A stretch of 59,122 nucleotides of DNA from Terracidiphilus sp. (GCA_035486155.1 DATHNJ010000105.1:1-59122), one strand, 5' to 3'; positions 28,174-38,137 are shown, counted from the stretch's first letter. Translations and numbers: made by a program. Notes: generated by a model from the sequence alone, not told the origin.

Positions 28174-28968
28174 TTATTTAAAGATGGCCGGCCCTTCGAG
28201 CAGTTCGTCGCGGTGGCCCGTGTAGTCGATCATCGACACGAAGGCGGGGCCGGAGAGCGGGTGAGTCTTCAGGCTATCCATGATCGCCGCGTCAACTTTA
28301 TCCAGGCCTTCGGGGCTGGACGCGATATAGACGACCCAGAACGTGCCAGGCGCCATGGAGTGAATCGCCTGGGTGTCGATTTCGTACTCATGGATTACGC
28401 CATCGGCGAGCATCTTCTCCAGCAGCGGCGCAACCAGGTTCTGGCTGAGCAGATCGATCGCTTCGTCAGGCGCATCCTCTTTTAATTTGTAAGAGGCGAC
28501 ACGGGTGTAGCCGGTTTTCCATGAACCGGGACGCCAGTTGTAATAGCGGCTTTCCATGATGTCGTCCCAGTGTTTAGTAGCAGTGGTCAAGACCGTAGAG
28601 CCGGTGCTGCCGGATGCGGAGAGCTGATCCAACACTTTGATCAAGCCGGCGAGGGACATCGACGACCACCAGTCGTCGTGGGTTTCTCCGTCGGGTTGGT
28701 GGACAAGATTCTCGTCGTTGCCGTAGCCCACAATGGTTCCATCCGCCAGCGCCTTGTCCAAGACCGCCTTGTCGCCCGCTACGGACTTTTCCATCTCCCC
28801 CCACTGCGCGCGAGGAATCTGCCAGTTGGCGATGTACGAATACATCGGCGGTTTTTCTTTCACCTCTGAAGCCTGTGCGCCGGACGGTAGGGCGCAATTA
28901 GACGACAGCACAAGCACACACGCTCCCACGAAGACACTCCACGATCTCTTGCTCATGGTCTTGCTCAT
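28174..28968 (-). CDS. Exported hypothetical protein (two similar halves, possibly NIPSNAP-like)
   Basis: Signal peptide; internal duplication VLDKALADGTI / LLEKMLADGVI and HWDDI / HRDEL. Confidence 0.7.
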   Translation of the reverse strand: MSKTMSKRSWSVFVGACVLVLSSNCALPSGAQASEVKEKPPMYSYIANWQIPRAQWGEMEKSVAGDKAVLDKALADGTIVGYGNDENLVHQPDGETHDDWWSSMSLAGLIKVLDQLSASGSTGSTVLTTATKHWDDIMESRYYNWRPGSWKTGYTRVASYKLKEDAPDEAIDLLSQNLVAPLLEKMLADGVIHEYEIDTQAIHSMAPGTFWVVYIASSPEGLDKVDAAIMDSLKTHPLSGPAFVSMIDYTGHRDELLEGPAIFK

Positions 28969-29063
28969 TTCTTGGTTGGGATTTGGCCAGCGAGGCTCCG
29001 CGGATACTCTGACCGCGGCAAGTGTACAGGAAACGCAAGTGCAGAGCGGCGAATTCTAGGCAG

Positions 29064-29810
29064 CTATCCCTTGCGCCGGTAGTGAATCTGAAATTCATAC
29101 CCGGCATTGGGCGGAAACAGCCCCGCCACGTGCCGCAGCCGCTCGGCCAGCGCCGGCGCCGCCAGCAGCGGATAGTCCCGCTCACGCAGATCGTGATAAT
29201 CGAAGTCCACCGCCAACGACAACATATAAATCGCCAGCGCATCGGAGAACGATGCTTCGTAAAAGCTGTTGCGCGCGCGCTCGTCGATGCCCTTGCCGCT
29301 GCGCGAATCCTGCGCCCGGCGCCTCGTCTCCCATGCGTCCTGACTTGATTCCCCGCGCACCTGTGCTTCGGCCTGCGACCACACCAGCGCGGAAAAGCTC
29401 TCCGGCACGCCCGCTACGCCCACAAAGTTGTGGGCCACGTTGATGAAAAATTCGAACGCCAGCCCGAAGCGATCCTCGACCAGGCGCGTCGAGATAAATA
29501 CGCCTTCGGTCGAGCCGAAGTTCGCATTGCGATGGCAGATCGCGCGATCGCCCAGATCGACCGAATACGACGGCGCCACCATCGTCTCGCCCGTATCGGC
29601 GATCGCCAACGGCACAAAGTAGTAGGCGCGGCTGGCCAGCGCCGGCGACATGCCCGCCGGCACTGCGCCCACCATCTGCTCCAGGTCCTGCTCGGGCACG
29701 CGCGTTTCGCCCCATGCCGCATAGCGAATCCCGTTCGCCGCCGAAGCTACCGTCACCTCAGTTGCGACCTTTTCGGCGTGCCACAGCTCGATTTGTACAT
29801 TGCTGGCCAT
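29064..29810 (-). CDS. Hypothetical protein
   Basis: ATG 29810 eight nt after TAGAAT; the longer ORF-track start overlaps the divergent gene. Confidence 0.75.
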   Translation of the reverse strand: MASNVQIELWHAEKVATEVTVASAANGIRYAAWGETRVPEQDLEQMVGAVPAGMSPALASRAYYFVPLAIADTGETMVAPSYSVDLGDRAICHRNANFGSTEGVFISTRLVEDRFGLAFEFFINVAHNFVGVAGVPESFSALVWSQAEAQVRGESSQDAWETRRRAQDSRSGKGIDERARNSFYEASFSDALAIYMLSLAVDFDYHDLRERDYPLLAAPALAERLRHVAGLFPPNAGYEFQIHYRRKG

Positions 29811-29847
29811 CGAACTGTATTCTATCGGCAGCAGGAGGGTCGCGAAA

Positions 29848-30144
29848 GTGACGCATGCCGCAACCAATCCGTCGCGGTCTACGGGCAGCGTTCTTGGCTT
29901 CCCGCTGGCCGGCTTCAGCCTCTTCCAGAGCATGTTGCTTTCGCTTGCCGCGGCGTTCTTCACCTTCTTTCTCACGACGTGCGTAGCCATCTTTTCGCTG
30001 CTGGTATGGAACGGGGTGCTGCACCATACGATCGACTACGCCGACAGCTACCGCTATGTCGGTTTGCCCGCTGGAGTTCTTGTGCTCGTCCTGGCCGTGC
30101 CGTTCTTCGCCGCGCTCTGGATTCGCGCCAAGGTCCAAAAGTAG
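29848..30144 (+). CDS. Small membrane protein (2-3 TM)
   Basis: GTG 29848 after AGGAGG; hydrophobic segments; ends 3 nt before the Kdo hydroxylase gene. Confidence 0.7.
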   Translation: MTHAATNPSRSTGSVLGFPLAGFSLFQSMLLSLAAAFFTFFLTTCVAIFSLLVWNGVLHHTIDYADSYRYVGLPAGVLVLVLAVPFFAALWIRAKVQK

Positions 30145-30147
30145 CTC

Positions 30148-31056
30148 ATGCCCGTTCTCGCGCTCTCGCTCGATACCCTCAAGAATCCTCAATCCCGCGA
30201 CTGGTGCGCCCATCTTGAAGCCGGCGGCATCGTCTACTTTCCGCAAACGCCCGTTCCCATTCCGCCTGCCGATCTCGAATTTCTGCTGGGCCAGCGCCAG
30301 AGCAGCAGCGGCCTGCACAAAAACATCGCCTACAAGCCCAACCGCGACGAGCTCAGCGGCGTCGATCGCAAATCAGCAACGTCCTCGGATGTGAACCAAC
30401 TCCACGGCGCGATGCGCCGCTACTCGGCCAGCGTCGAATCCTTTCTCGCCGACTTTCTCGCGCCCTATCAGCGCCGCTGGCGGTTGGACTACGCCAGCTT
30501 CCGCCCTCTAGAAGAAGAAGGGCGCGATCTACCTGTCCGCCGCCGCAACGACCTGCTCCACACCGACGCCTTTCCCACGCGCCCTACGCGCGGCTGGCGC
30601 ATTCTGCGCTTCTTTCACAACATTCATCCCACGCGCACACGTGACTGGGTCGTCGGCGACGCCTTCGGCAAAGTCGTCTCCGCCTTCACGCCTTCGAAGC
30701 TCGCGACGCCCAAGCCGGACAGCCCCGTGGCGCGCGCCGGCAAGGCGGTCGCGCAGGCCACAGGTTTGGCCGGGCTCGTCCCGCAGTGGAAGCGCACGCC
30801 TTACGACGAGTTCATGATGCAGCTTCACAACGCCATGAAAGAAGACGCTGCGTTCCAATCGGGCACGACGCGCGAAGAGGTGAAGTTCGTCCCCGGCTCC
30901 AGTTGGATGGTCTACACCGAGACCGTGCCACACGCCGTCCTTGGCGGCCAATATGCGCTGGAGCAGACCTTTCTTGTGGATCCCGCCGCGATGGTCACGC
31001 CCATGTCTGCGCCGATCGCGATTCTCGAAAAGATGGCCGGCGCAAAACTCGCTTAG
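30148..31056 (+). CDS. kdoO: Kdo hydroxylase (KdoO family, Fe/2-oxoglutarate dioxygenase)
   Basis: HKNIAY.P, SFRP, LLHTDAFPTRPTRG.RILRFF.NI.P, RTPYDEFM..LH..MK, HAVLGGQYALEQT. Confidence 0.82.
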   Translation: MPVLALSLDTLKNPQSRDWCAHLEAGGIVYFPQTPVPIPPADLEFLLGQRQSSSGLHKNIAYKPNRDELSGVDRKSATSSDVNQLHGAMRRYSASVESFLADFLAPYQRRWRLDYASFRPLEEEGRDLPVRRRNDLLHTDAFPTRPTRGWRILRFFHNIHPTRTRDWVVGDAFGKVVSAFTPSKLATPKPDSPVARAGKAVAQATGLAGLVPQWKRTPYDEFMMQLHNAMKEDAAFQSGTTREEVKFVPGSSWMVYTETVPHAVLGGQYALEQTFLVDPAAMVTPMSAPIAILEKMAGAKLA

Positions 31057-31093
31057 GCGGATTCGGCTGATTCTCGCGCGAGTTTCAAGAACG

Positions 31094-31288
31094 TTTCACA
31101 GTCCCACAGTTTCACGATTTCACAGCGTGTTTTTTCGACGCCTGCTTTTGAAAAATGCAAACCGCTGAGGATGATTGAGATGCCTCGCGCGAACGTGTCA
31201 TCTTTAGAGCATTTTGGCGCGATTTCGATGCTTAATTGGCGCAAATTGGCGCGTTTTGCGCACCACAGAAACCGTGAAGCTGTGGAGC
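31094..31288. repeat. Octamer tandem array with distal inverted copies
   Basis: tttcacag tcccacag tttcacga tttcacag at 31094-31125; inverted gaaaccgtgaagctgtggag near 31268-31288. Confidence 0.6.
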
Positions 31289-31576
31289 ACAGTCCGGAAT
31301 GAGCTAAGACGCGCGCGCCCTTTGCATGCAGGTGTTCATGCTCTTGCGCGGATTCATTATCGGACGCGGCGAGGGAATGATTCGCAAGCCGGATGCGCCA
31401 GCACGGAGGCGAACTTGGCAGCACTAAAATCCCGCTTGGACGGCAAATCCCCGAACCTATCTGCCCACTAACCTGCGCGCTCAACTTCTGGCACAATGTG
31501 TGGAACGTCGCGGCTGCGCTGGAGCAGTCGCGCATTCCCATCCCCCAATGCCTGAAGGCGCCCCCTGGAGGAAAAC

Positions 31577-32134
31577 ATGCCGCACATCAACCTTCCTGAT
31601 ATGCCGGGCATCGTCGCCGGATTCAACTTCCGTCCCGAAACAGCCGTCCCCATGCGTGAACTCGCGCACATCCTGCTCCACGAACGCAATTCGCTTACGC
31701 CGGGCGAGCGCGAGCTGATCGCGACCTACGTTTCTTCGCGCAACCACACCACCTTCTGCGAGTTGAGCCACGGCGCCGCGGCCGCGGCGCATCTGGGCGA
31801 CCCCATGGTGGTTGAAAAGGTCAAGGCCGATTTCCGCGACGCCCCTATTCGGCCAAAGTTGAAGGCGCTGATCGCCATCGCGGCCAAAGTGCAGCAGGAT
31901 GGCAAGCTGGTTACGGCTCTGGATATCGAGCGCGCCCGCCAGCAGGGCGCCACCGATATGGAGATTCACGACACAGTGCTGATCGCCGCGGCCTTCTGCA
32001 TGTACAACCGCTACGTCGATGGCCTAGGCGCCTGGCAGCCACGCGATCCAGGCATGTACGCTCTGATGGGCCAGCATCTGGCCGAGGAAGGGTATCTTAC
32101 GCCCGCGCGGCGGGAGCCGATCCAGGCGGCCTGA
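31577..32134 (+). CDS. AhpD/CMD-like peroxidase-related protein
   Basis: LTPGERELIATYVSSRN....C..SH, EIHDTVLIAAAFCMYNRYVDGL; GGAGG RBS. Confidence 0.85.
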   Translation: MPHINLPDMPGIVAGFNFRPETAVPMRELAHILLHERNSLTPGERELIATYVSSRNHTTFCELSHGAAAAAHLGDPMVVEKVKADFRDAPIRPKLKALIAIAAKVQQDGKLVTALDIERARQQGATDMEIHDTVLIAAAFCMYNRYVDGLGAWQPRDPGMYALMGQHLAEEGYLTPARREPIQAA

Positions 32135-32216
32135 TTCAAAACGAAGTGGCAAAACATCGCGTTGCATTGATGTTCCACGCAACGTACTTGATCCCTGGTC
32201 CCTTAATCCCTCGGTC

Positions 32217-33728
32217 CTAATCCCTGTTCCCTGCCTTTTCGTTCCTCGCCTTCACCTTGAACCAGATCGGCGTGCCCTTGAAGCCGAACGCCTCGCGAAT
32301 CTGATTTTCAAGAAAGCGCTCGAAGGCGAAGTGCAGCTTGATATCCCGATCGGTGAAGAGCACAAACGTCGGCGGCGCCACGGCTGCTTGCGTCATGTAG
32401 AAAATGCGAATGCGCTTCGCCATCGGCACAGGCGCACGTTGAAAATCGATCTTGTCGAGGAAGCGGTTCATCTGGCCGGTCGTGACGCGCTTGCGCCGTT
32501 CGGCGGCGACCGCCTTCACTTCGCGCAATACGCGGCCGATGCCGGTCTTCTCCTTCGCAGAAAGAAAGATCACTGGCGCATAGCTCAGATACTTAAGCAC
32601 CGCGCGCAACTGCTTCTCGAAGATCTCGCGATCGGCCGGCGGCTTGCCGTCAGTTCTTCCGGTCGTCACCGCATCCCATTTGTTGACGACAATGATCACG
32701 CTGCGGCCGCTCTCGTGCGCGTAGCCGCCGATGGTCGCGTCGCTGGCTGTTACGCCTTCGGTTGCGTCGATCATCAGCAGCGCCACATCCGCTGCTTCGA
32801 GATGCCGCCGCGCCATCACCACGCTCAGCTTTTCAGCCATCAAGTGCGTCTTGCCTTTGCGTCGGATGCCTGCCGTGTCAACAAAGCGCAGCGTGCTGCC
32901 CTCGTGCTCCACGACTTCATCGACGGCATCGCGCGTTGTGCCGGCGATCGGCGAGACGATGGCGCGCGCCGTTCCAGTGAGCGCATTCAATAAAGTCGAT
33001 TTGCCCACATTCGGCCGGCCGATGATCGCGATCGACGTCTCATGCTGCTCGAATTCCCCATGCGTGCGTAACTTTGTGCTTGCCGAAGACGCGTTCTCCT
33101 CTTCGTCGGCTTGATCGGGATCGAGTGCGCCGTCTTCGACGCTCTCTTCTTCTTCGACTAACGTCTCTGCGGTCTCAGATTCGGATTGGGGAATCGCGTC
33201 AGCGATTGCATCCAGTAGCTCTCCGATGCCCAGCCCATGCTCGGCGCTGACCGGATACACCTCGTGAATCCCAAGCTGGCGGAAGTTCTCGGCGACCAGG
33301 GCCATGGCATCGCCCTCAACCTTGTTTACGGCAAGGAATAGCGGCGCGCCGTTGCGCTGCAGCAGACGCGCGAGATCGTAGTCGGGTCGGGCCAACTCGG
33401 TGCGCGCGTCCACGACCATCACCAGCGCCGCAGCTTCGTCGAGCGCTACACGGGCCTGGTTGTAGATCTCGGTGGGAATCAGTTCGGGATCATCGGGCAC
33501 AATGCCGCCCGTGTCGACCAGCCGAAAACGCCGGCCGTTCCAGTCGAACTCGCCGTAGATTCTGTCGCGCGTGATGCCGGGCTCGTCGCCCACGATGGAG
33601 CGGCGGCTGTGGGTGAGGCGATTAAACAGCGTGGACTTGCCCACATTAGGGCGACCGACGATGGCCACCAGCGGCAAGGCTTCCGATCCGGGCCGCGAGG
33701 GCACAACCGATCTGCGATACGTGGGCAA
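32217..33728 (-). CDS. der: Ribosome biogenesis GTPase Der (EngA)
   Basis: Two GRPNVGKS P-loops, DTGG/DTAG, NKVE/NKWD, acidic linker, KH-like C-terminus with PPTF and GTPI. Confidence 0.97.
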   Translation of the reverse strand: MPTYRRSVVPSRPGSEALPLVAIVGRPNVGKSTLFNRLTHSRRSIVGDEPGITRDRIYGEFDWNGRRFRLVDTGGIVPDDPELIPTEIYNQARVALDEAAALVMVVDARTELARPDYDLARLLQRNGAPLFLAVNKVEGDAMALVAENFRQLGIHEVYPVSAEHGLGIGELLDAIADAIPQSESETAETLVEEEESVEDGALDPDQADEEENASSASTKLRTHGEFEQHETSIAIIGRPNVGKSTLLNALTGTARAIVSPIAGTTRDAVDEVVEHEGSTLRFVDTAGIRRKGKTHLMAEKLSVVMARRHLEAADVALLMIDATEGVTASDATIGGYAHESGRSVIIVVNKWDAVTTGRTDGKPPADREIFEKQLRAVLKYLSYAPVIFLSAKEKTGIGRVLREVKAVAAERRKRVTTGQMNRFLDKIDFQRAPVPMAKRIRIFYMTQAAVAPPTFVLFTDRDIKLHFAFERFLENQIREAFGFKGTPIWFKVKARNEKAGNRD

Positions 33729-33790
33729 AACCTATCTCCCGGCCGTTCCACAGGGAGCGGCCTGTTTCTATTGTGAGGGACGAAGGCGGT

Positions 33791-34177
33791 CTAGTTCCAG
33801 ATTCGCCGCACGCCATAGGCGTCGAAGATGACGTCCTTGCTTAATAGGCTCCAGCCGAGTTCGAGCGCCTGTGCTGCAATCAGCCGGTCGAAGGGATCGC
33901 GGTGGAACCAGGGTAAATTGCCGCTGCGAACGACGTGGGCCAAAGTCGGCGTCAGCAGGTTGTATCTTCCACGGATCAAAATCGAGTCAAAATCTTTGAC
34001 TATATCCGCTGCGTCAAGCCTTCCCGCCGAGGTTTTGAGGGCAATTTCCCAGGGCGTCGCCAGAGAGATCGCAATCATAGTTGTCGGGCTATCGATGAGA
34101 CGCCGCACCTGCATGGGCAGGCCTGCCGGCGTCCGCAGATACCAGATCAGCGTGGGCGTATCGAGCAGATAGGTCAT
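33791..34177 (-). CDS. VapC PIN-domain toxin
   Basis: YLLDT..LIW, WEIALK, HRDPFDRLIAAQA, SKD. Confidence 0.92.
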   Translation of the reverse strand: MTYLLDTPTLIWYLRTPAGLPMQVRRLIDSPTTMIAISLATPWEIALKTSAGRLDAADIVKDFDSILIRGRYNLLTPTLAHVVRSGNLPWFHRDPFDRLIAAQALELGWSLLSKDVIFDAYGVRRIWN

Positions 34178-34461
34178 TTGCGGCGGGGCTTCTTCGGCGC
34201 CGGGACAAGCGGGACATCGAGCAGATAGCCCATGCCCATCTGCACGAGCTCCTCATCGGTCAGCGGATCGAAAGCGTCATCGTCCCAGTGAACCTTGCGT
34301 GCGTAAGCTCCTGCGAGGTCTTTGCGGGACGCCTGCTCCTCGACCGGCACAATCTTGGCGACGGGCTTTTTGCCGCGCATGACAATCACTTCCTTTCCCG
34401 CCTCCGCCTCTTTCAAAAGCCGGGAGAAGTGCGTCTTCGCTTGGTGGACGGTATAAGCCAT
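34174..34461 (-). CDS. Phd/YefM family antitoxin
   Basis: TVHQAKTHFSRLL..AEAG.EVI..RG.KPVAKIVP; ATGA-coupled to toxin. Confidence 0.92.
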   Translation of the reverse strand: MAYTVHQAKTHFSRLLKEAEAGKEVIVMRGKKPVAKIVPVEEQASRKDLAGAYARKVHWDDDAFDPLTDEELVQMGMGYLLDVPLVPAPKKPRRK

Positions 34462-34482
34462 GGACTAAGTATGCTTAGTCCA
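34461..34482. promoter_or_regulatory. Palindromic operator overlapping the -10 and start codon of the phd-vapC operon
   Basis: TGGACTAAG-tatg-CTTAGTCCA; minus-strand CATACT 6 nt before ATG. Confidence 0.75.
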
Positions 34483-34613
34483 CTTTTCAGAGTCAAACCG
34501 CTCTCGGCGTTACAGACAGGCTTCGAGCGCGTTTCTTTTTTTCCTCGTTTTTCCGCCAAAGCCGCGTATACACTGCGTCTCACAAGTCGAAATACAAGGG
34601 AGAAATCTGCTCT

Positions 34614-34892
34614 ATGCCAAAGTACGTCATCGAACGCGAGATTCCCGGCGCAGGCGCCATGTCGCCGGAGACCCTGCAGGCCGTATCCCAGAAGTCCTGC
34701 GGCGTGCTCAAGAACCTTGGGCCGGAAATTCAGTGGGTGCACAGCTACGTGACGGCCGACAAAATCTACTGCATCTATATCGCGCCTAACGAAGAGCTGG
34801 TGCGCGAGCACGCCAACCAGGGCGGCTTCCCGGCGAACAAGATCTCGGAAGTCAAATCGATCATCGATCCGACCACCGCCGACGCGAAGTAA
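34614..34892 (+). CDS. DUF4242 domain protein
   Basis: MPKYVIEREIPG, QWVHSYV..DKIYCIY.AP, HA..GGFPA..ISEV. Confidence 0.9.
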   Translation: MPKYVIEREIPGAGAMSPETLQAVSQKSCGVLKNLGPEIQWVHSYVTADKIYCIYIAPNEELVREHANQGGFPANKISEVKSIIDPTTADAK

Positions 34893-34995
34893 GAAGTAAT
34901 GGGACTTGACCCTGGTCCGTTCACGGATGAGAGGCTTGTCATCTTCTCGTATTGGCCACGGCTGCTCGGTTGCCTGTAGAGCAGTGGAGGACGCG

Positions 34996-35265
34996 ATGCA
35001 TATTCACGGCGTAAATGCGAACAACTACACGGCCAATCTGCATTCTTCCGCGAACGCTACGCGCGCAATGGAGGCCCAGCGCGCTGCCGAGACACGCAAA
35101 CGGCTCCTGAAGAATGCGCAGAGTGTGCAGGGTGAATCAGGTCTGGAGGAGAGCCGAATGATCGGCCGATGGCTGGGCGCCGGCCAGAATCAAGGACAGG
35201 GCCAAGGCCAGAGCGATCATCTCGACGACGCGGAGCGCTCCGGCAAGGATCTCGGCTTTGGATGA
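34996..35265 (+). CDS. Small hypothetical protein
   Basis: ATG 34996 after GGAGG; helical AQRAAETRKRLLK segment. Confidence 0.6.
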   Translation: MHIHGVNANNYTANLHSSANATRAMEAQRAAETRKRLLKNAQSVQGESGLEESRMIGRWLGAGQNQGQGQGQSDHLDDAERSGKDLGFG

Positions 35266-35402
35266 TGGGCCGGGGGCTACGGAGACGCAGTGACTCGTTG
35301 CGATGGCTTCCAACAACGTCTCTTTGCATGCCAGCCGCGATCAGCGGGCGGGGTGTCTCACTAAAATGGAGTGAGCCCAGTTCTGATTGAGTCCGGCCCC
35401 CG

Positions 35403-37406
35403 ATGTCCTCCACAGAGACCACCCCGCGTACCCTGCCTACCCTGCATGAGTTCTTTGCGCCGGGCGGCATTCTTGCGCGCTCTCCGCTGCCGTATGAGTA
35501 CCGTCCTGGCCAACTGGAGATGGCGAAGGCCGTAGAGCGCGCGCTGGGCGAACGAAGGCATCTGATCGTGGAGGCGGGCACCGGCACGGGTAAGACGCTG
35601 GCGTATCTTTTGCCGGCCCTGCGCACCGGGCAGCGCGTCATCATCTCCACGGGAACGAAAGCTCTGCAGGACCAGCTGTTCTTTCGCGACGTGCCGTTTC
35701 TTGAATCTCTGCTAGGCGAGTTGCGCGTCTGCTACATGAAAGGCCGCGCCAATTATCTGTGCCGCCACAAGCTCGTCGCTTTGCGCGACCAGCCGATTCT
35801 TTCAGGTCTGGAAGAGATCGACCAGTATCAGCAGATCGCGGTGTGGGAGCGTGAGACCGAGACTGGCGATCGCGCAGAGCTGTCCAGCCTGCCTGAATCG
35901 AGCGCTCTGTGGCGCAAGCTCGACGCGCGCAGCGAGGCCTGCCTGGGGACCACGTGCCCCGACTACCGCCGTTGCTTCATTACCGAGATGCGCCGCCGCG
36001 CACTCGAGTCCGACATCATCATTGTGAATCACCATCTGTTCTTTGCCGACATGGCGGTGAAGCAGGAGGCATCGGGCGCGCCCGACGCCGGCATTCTGCC
36101 CGAGGCCGCGGCGGTCATCTTCGACGAGGCGCATGAGCTTGAAGAGGTTGCGTCGAGTTATTTCGGGCTCTCAGTCTCGAACATCCGCTTTGAAGAGCTG
36201 GCGCGCGACACCGATGTGCTGCTGCGCGGCAAAGAGGGCGCCGAAAAGCTGCCCGCCGTGACGCAGCAGTTGCGGGAACGGGCGCGCATGTTTTTCGCCG
36301 GCCTGCCGATGACCGCCGATGGCCGCCAGCCGTTCGCGGCGCGCGAAGAGTTTCTCGAGACATCGGGCGATCTCTATATGAGCGTACGCGCCACGCTCAA
36401 GCTGATGGAAGCAGAGATGGAGCGGCTCAAAGGAATCGATGAAGCGCCTGGCCTGCGCAAACGCGTTGCGCGCCTGCGCTCCGAGCTTGAGTTTCTGCTT
36501 GAGTCGAACGCCAGCAACATGGTGTACTGGCTCGAGCGCCGGGCCTCCGGCGGCGTCGGTTCCGACGCTTCGGCGCCAAAGCAAAATTTCCGCTCCGGCG
36601 GGCGCAGCACGTTTCTACAGGCGACCCCAATCGACGTCTCGGAGCTGTTACACGAGCTGCTCTTCGAGACGATCCCGACCGTGGTCCTTACGTCGGCCAC
36701 GCTCACCGTGCAGGGCGGCTTCGAACATATTCGCAAGCGGCTCGGCATGAACGAAGCCCGCGAGCTGGTGGTGCCGTCGCACTTCCGCTACGGCGAGCAA
36801 GCGCTGCTCTACCTGCCGCCCGAGATGCCGGACCCGCGCGATCCGGAGTTTGCTGAAGCTGCAGCCGACTGTATTCGCCGCGTGCTGGAGATCAGCCGCG
36901 GACGCGCCTTCTGCCTCTTCACGAGCTATGCGCAGATGCGCGATCTCTACGAGCGCCTGTTGCCGGTGCTGGACTATCCGATCCTCCTGCATGGAACGGC
37001 GCCGCGTAAGGCCCTGCTCGATGAGTTCCGCATCACTCCCAATGCCGTGCTCTTCGGCACGTCGAGCTTCTGGCAGGGCGTGGACGTGCAGGGTGAAGCG
37101 CTCAGTTGCGTCATCATCGACCGGCTGCCCTTCGCCGTGCCCAACGATCCGGTGGTGCAGGCGCGCATGAAGGCAATCGAAGAGGCCGGAGGCAAGCCAT
37201 TCTTCGACTATCAGGTGCCATCGGCTGTGCTCACGCTGAAGCAGGGGTTCGGCCGGCTCATTCGCTCGCTTGAAGACCGAGGCGTCCTGGTGCTGCTGGA
37301 CCCGCGCATTCGCCGCCAGCGCTACGGTCAGACGTTTCTGCAGAGCCTGCCGCCTTATCGGACGACGATCGAGATCAGCGACGTGGAGAAGTTCTTCGCC
37401 GAGTAA
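35403..37406 (+). CDS. DinG/YoaA family Fe-S ATP-dependent DNA helicase
   Basis: EAGTGTGKT, KGRANYLC..C....C.....C Fe-S cysteines, DEAH, TSATL, WQGVDVQG, QGFGRLIR. Confidence 0.95.
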   Translation: MSSTETTPRTLPTLHEFFAPGGILARSPLPYEYRPGQLEMAKAVERALGERRHLIVEAGTGTGKTLAYLLPALRTGQRVIISTGTKALQDQLFFRDVPFLESLLGELRVCYMKGRANYLCRHKLVALRDQPILSGLEEIDQYQQIAVWERETETGDRAELSSLPESSALWRKLDARSEACLGTTCPDYRRCFITEMRRRALESDIIIVNHHLFFADMAVKQEASGAPDAGILPEAAAVIFDEAHELEEVASSYFGLSVSNIRFEELARDTDVLLRGKEGAEKLPAVTQQLRERARMFFAGLPMTADGRQPFAAREEFLETSGDLYMSVRATLKLMEAEMERLKGIDEAPGLRKRVARLRSELEFLLESNASNMVYWLERRASGGVGSDASAPKQNFRSGGRSTFLQATPIDVSELLHELLFETIPTVVLTSATLTVQGGFEHIRKRLGMNEARELVVPSHFRYGEQALLYLPPEMPDPRDPEFAEAAADCIRRVLEISRGRAFCLFTSYAQMRDLYERLLPVLDYPILLHGTAPRKALLDEFRITPNAVLFGTSSFWQGVDVQGEALSCVIIDRLPFAVPNDPVVQARMKAIEEAGGKPFFDYQVPSAVLTLKQGFGRLIRSLEDRGVLVLLDPRIRRQRYGQTFLQSLPPYRTTIEISDVEKFFAE

Positions 37407-37555
37407 TGGGCAACGCGAAGGCCCTGATCCGCGGCGTTCCGCCATGGGGTAATCAAAGTATAAATAATTTGCGCATCAGTAACTTGCTCGGTCATTCTGC
37501 GTGCTTGACCGCGGATGCAAGCGAAGCGAGAATTGCCTCACCTCTGAGAAACTCA

Positions 37556-38137
37556 ATGACTGCTGCTTACTGTAATCGCTGTAGCATGCATGTTCCCGAA
37601 GGCATGTCCGCTTGCCGCATGTGCGGCAATGCGTTACTTGTGGCGCCTCCAGTGGCGCCGGATGGCCCCATGCTCTCCGATACGCGCCGCCGTCCCGCCC
37701 AGCCGGAGTTTTCCAAGTGGCTTTTCTTTGTTGGCCTGAGTCTGGTCGTAACGCCCGCGTTGCGCATTATCGCGATCGTGCAGAAAGAAGTTCCCGCCTT
37801 GTTCGGCGATGATAGCCAGTCGTTCTTGGCGCAGTATCCAGGGCTCGACAAGCTCCTGTACTTTGAGATCGGCATGAACGCGCTGCTGGTGCTCGCCGCG
37901 TTGATTCTCAACTTTCTCTTCTACGCCAAGAGAAAGAACTTCCCCAACGCCATGATTGGATACGTCGCGATCACTTTGATCTATCTCATCACGGTGTCCG
38001 GCATGATCCACTCGATGTTTCCCGACGCGATCATGGCGCAGAGCGCCTATTCGTTGGTGCGCTATCTGCTATGGGGCATGGCCCTGGCGGGCTATCTACT
38101 CTTCAATCCGGATGTGAAGGCCCGCTTCGTGAATTAG
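37556..38137 (+). CDS. Zinc-ribbon plus DUF2569-like membrane protein
   Basis: CNRC..CRMCG followed by 4 TM helices ending Y....V..RFVN; TTGACC-N17-GAGAAT promoter upstream. Confidence 0.7.
   Translation: MTAAYCNRCSMHVPEGMSACRMCGNALLVAPPVAPDGPMLSDTRRRPAQPEFSKWLFFVGLSLVVTPALRIIAIVQKEVPALFGDDSQSFLAQYPGLDKLLYFEIGMNALLVLAALILNFLFYAKRKNFPNAMIGYVAITLIYLITVSGMIHSMFPDAIMAQSAYSLVRYLLWGMALAGYLLFNPDVKARFVN

Noticed and set aside
27949-28485. Plus-strand ORFs 27949-28485 and 27995-28225
   Set aside because: They run through a perfect hairpin and overlap a real convergent gene; no protein-like features
31057-31576. Small ORFs in the 520-bp gap after kdoO
   Set aside because: No RBS or motif support; the region contains repeat arrays
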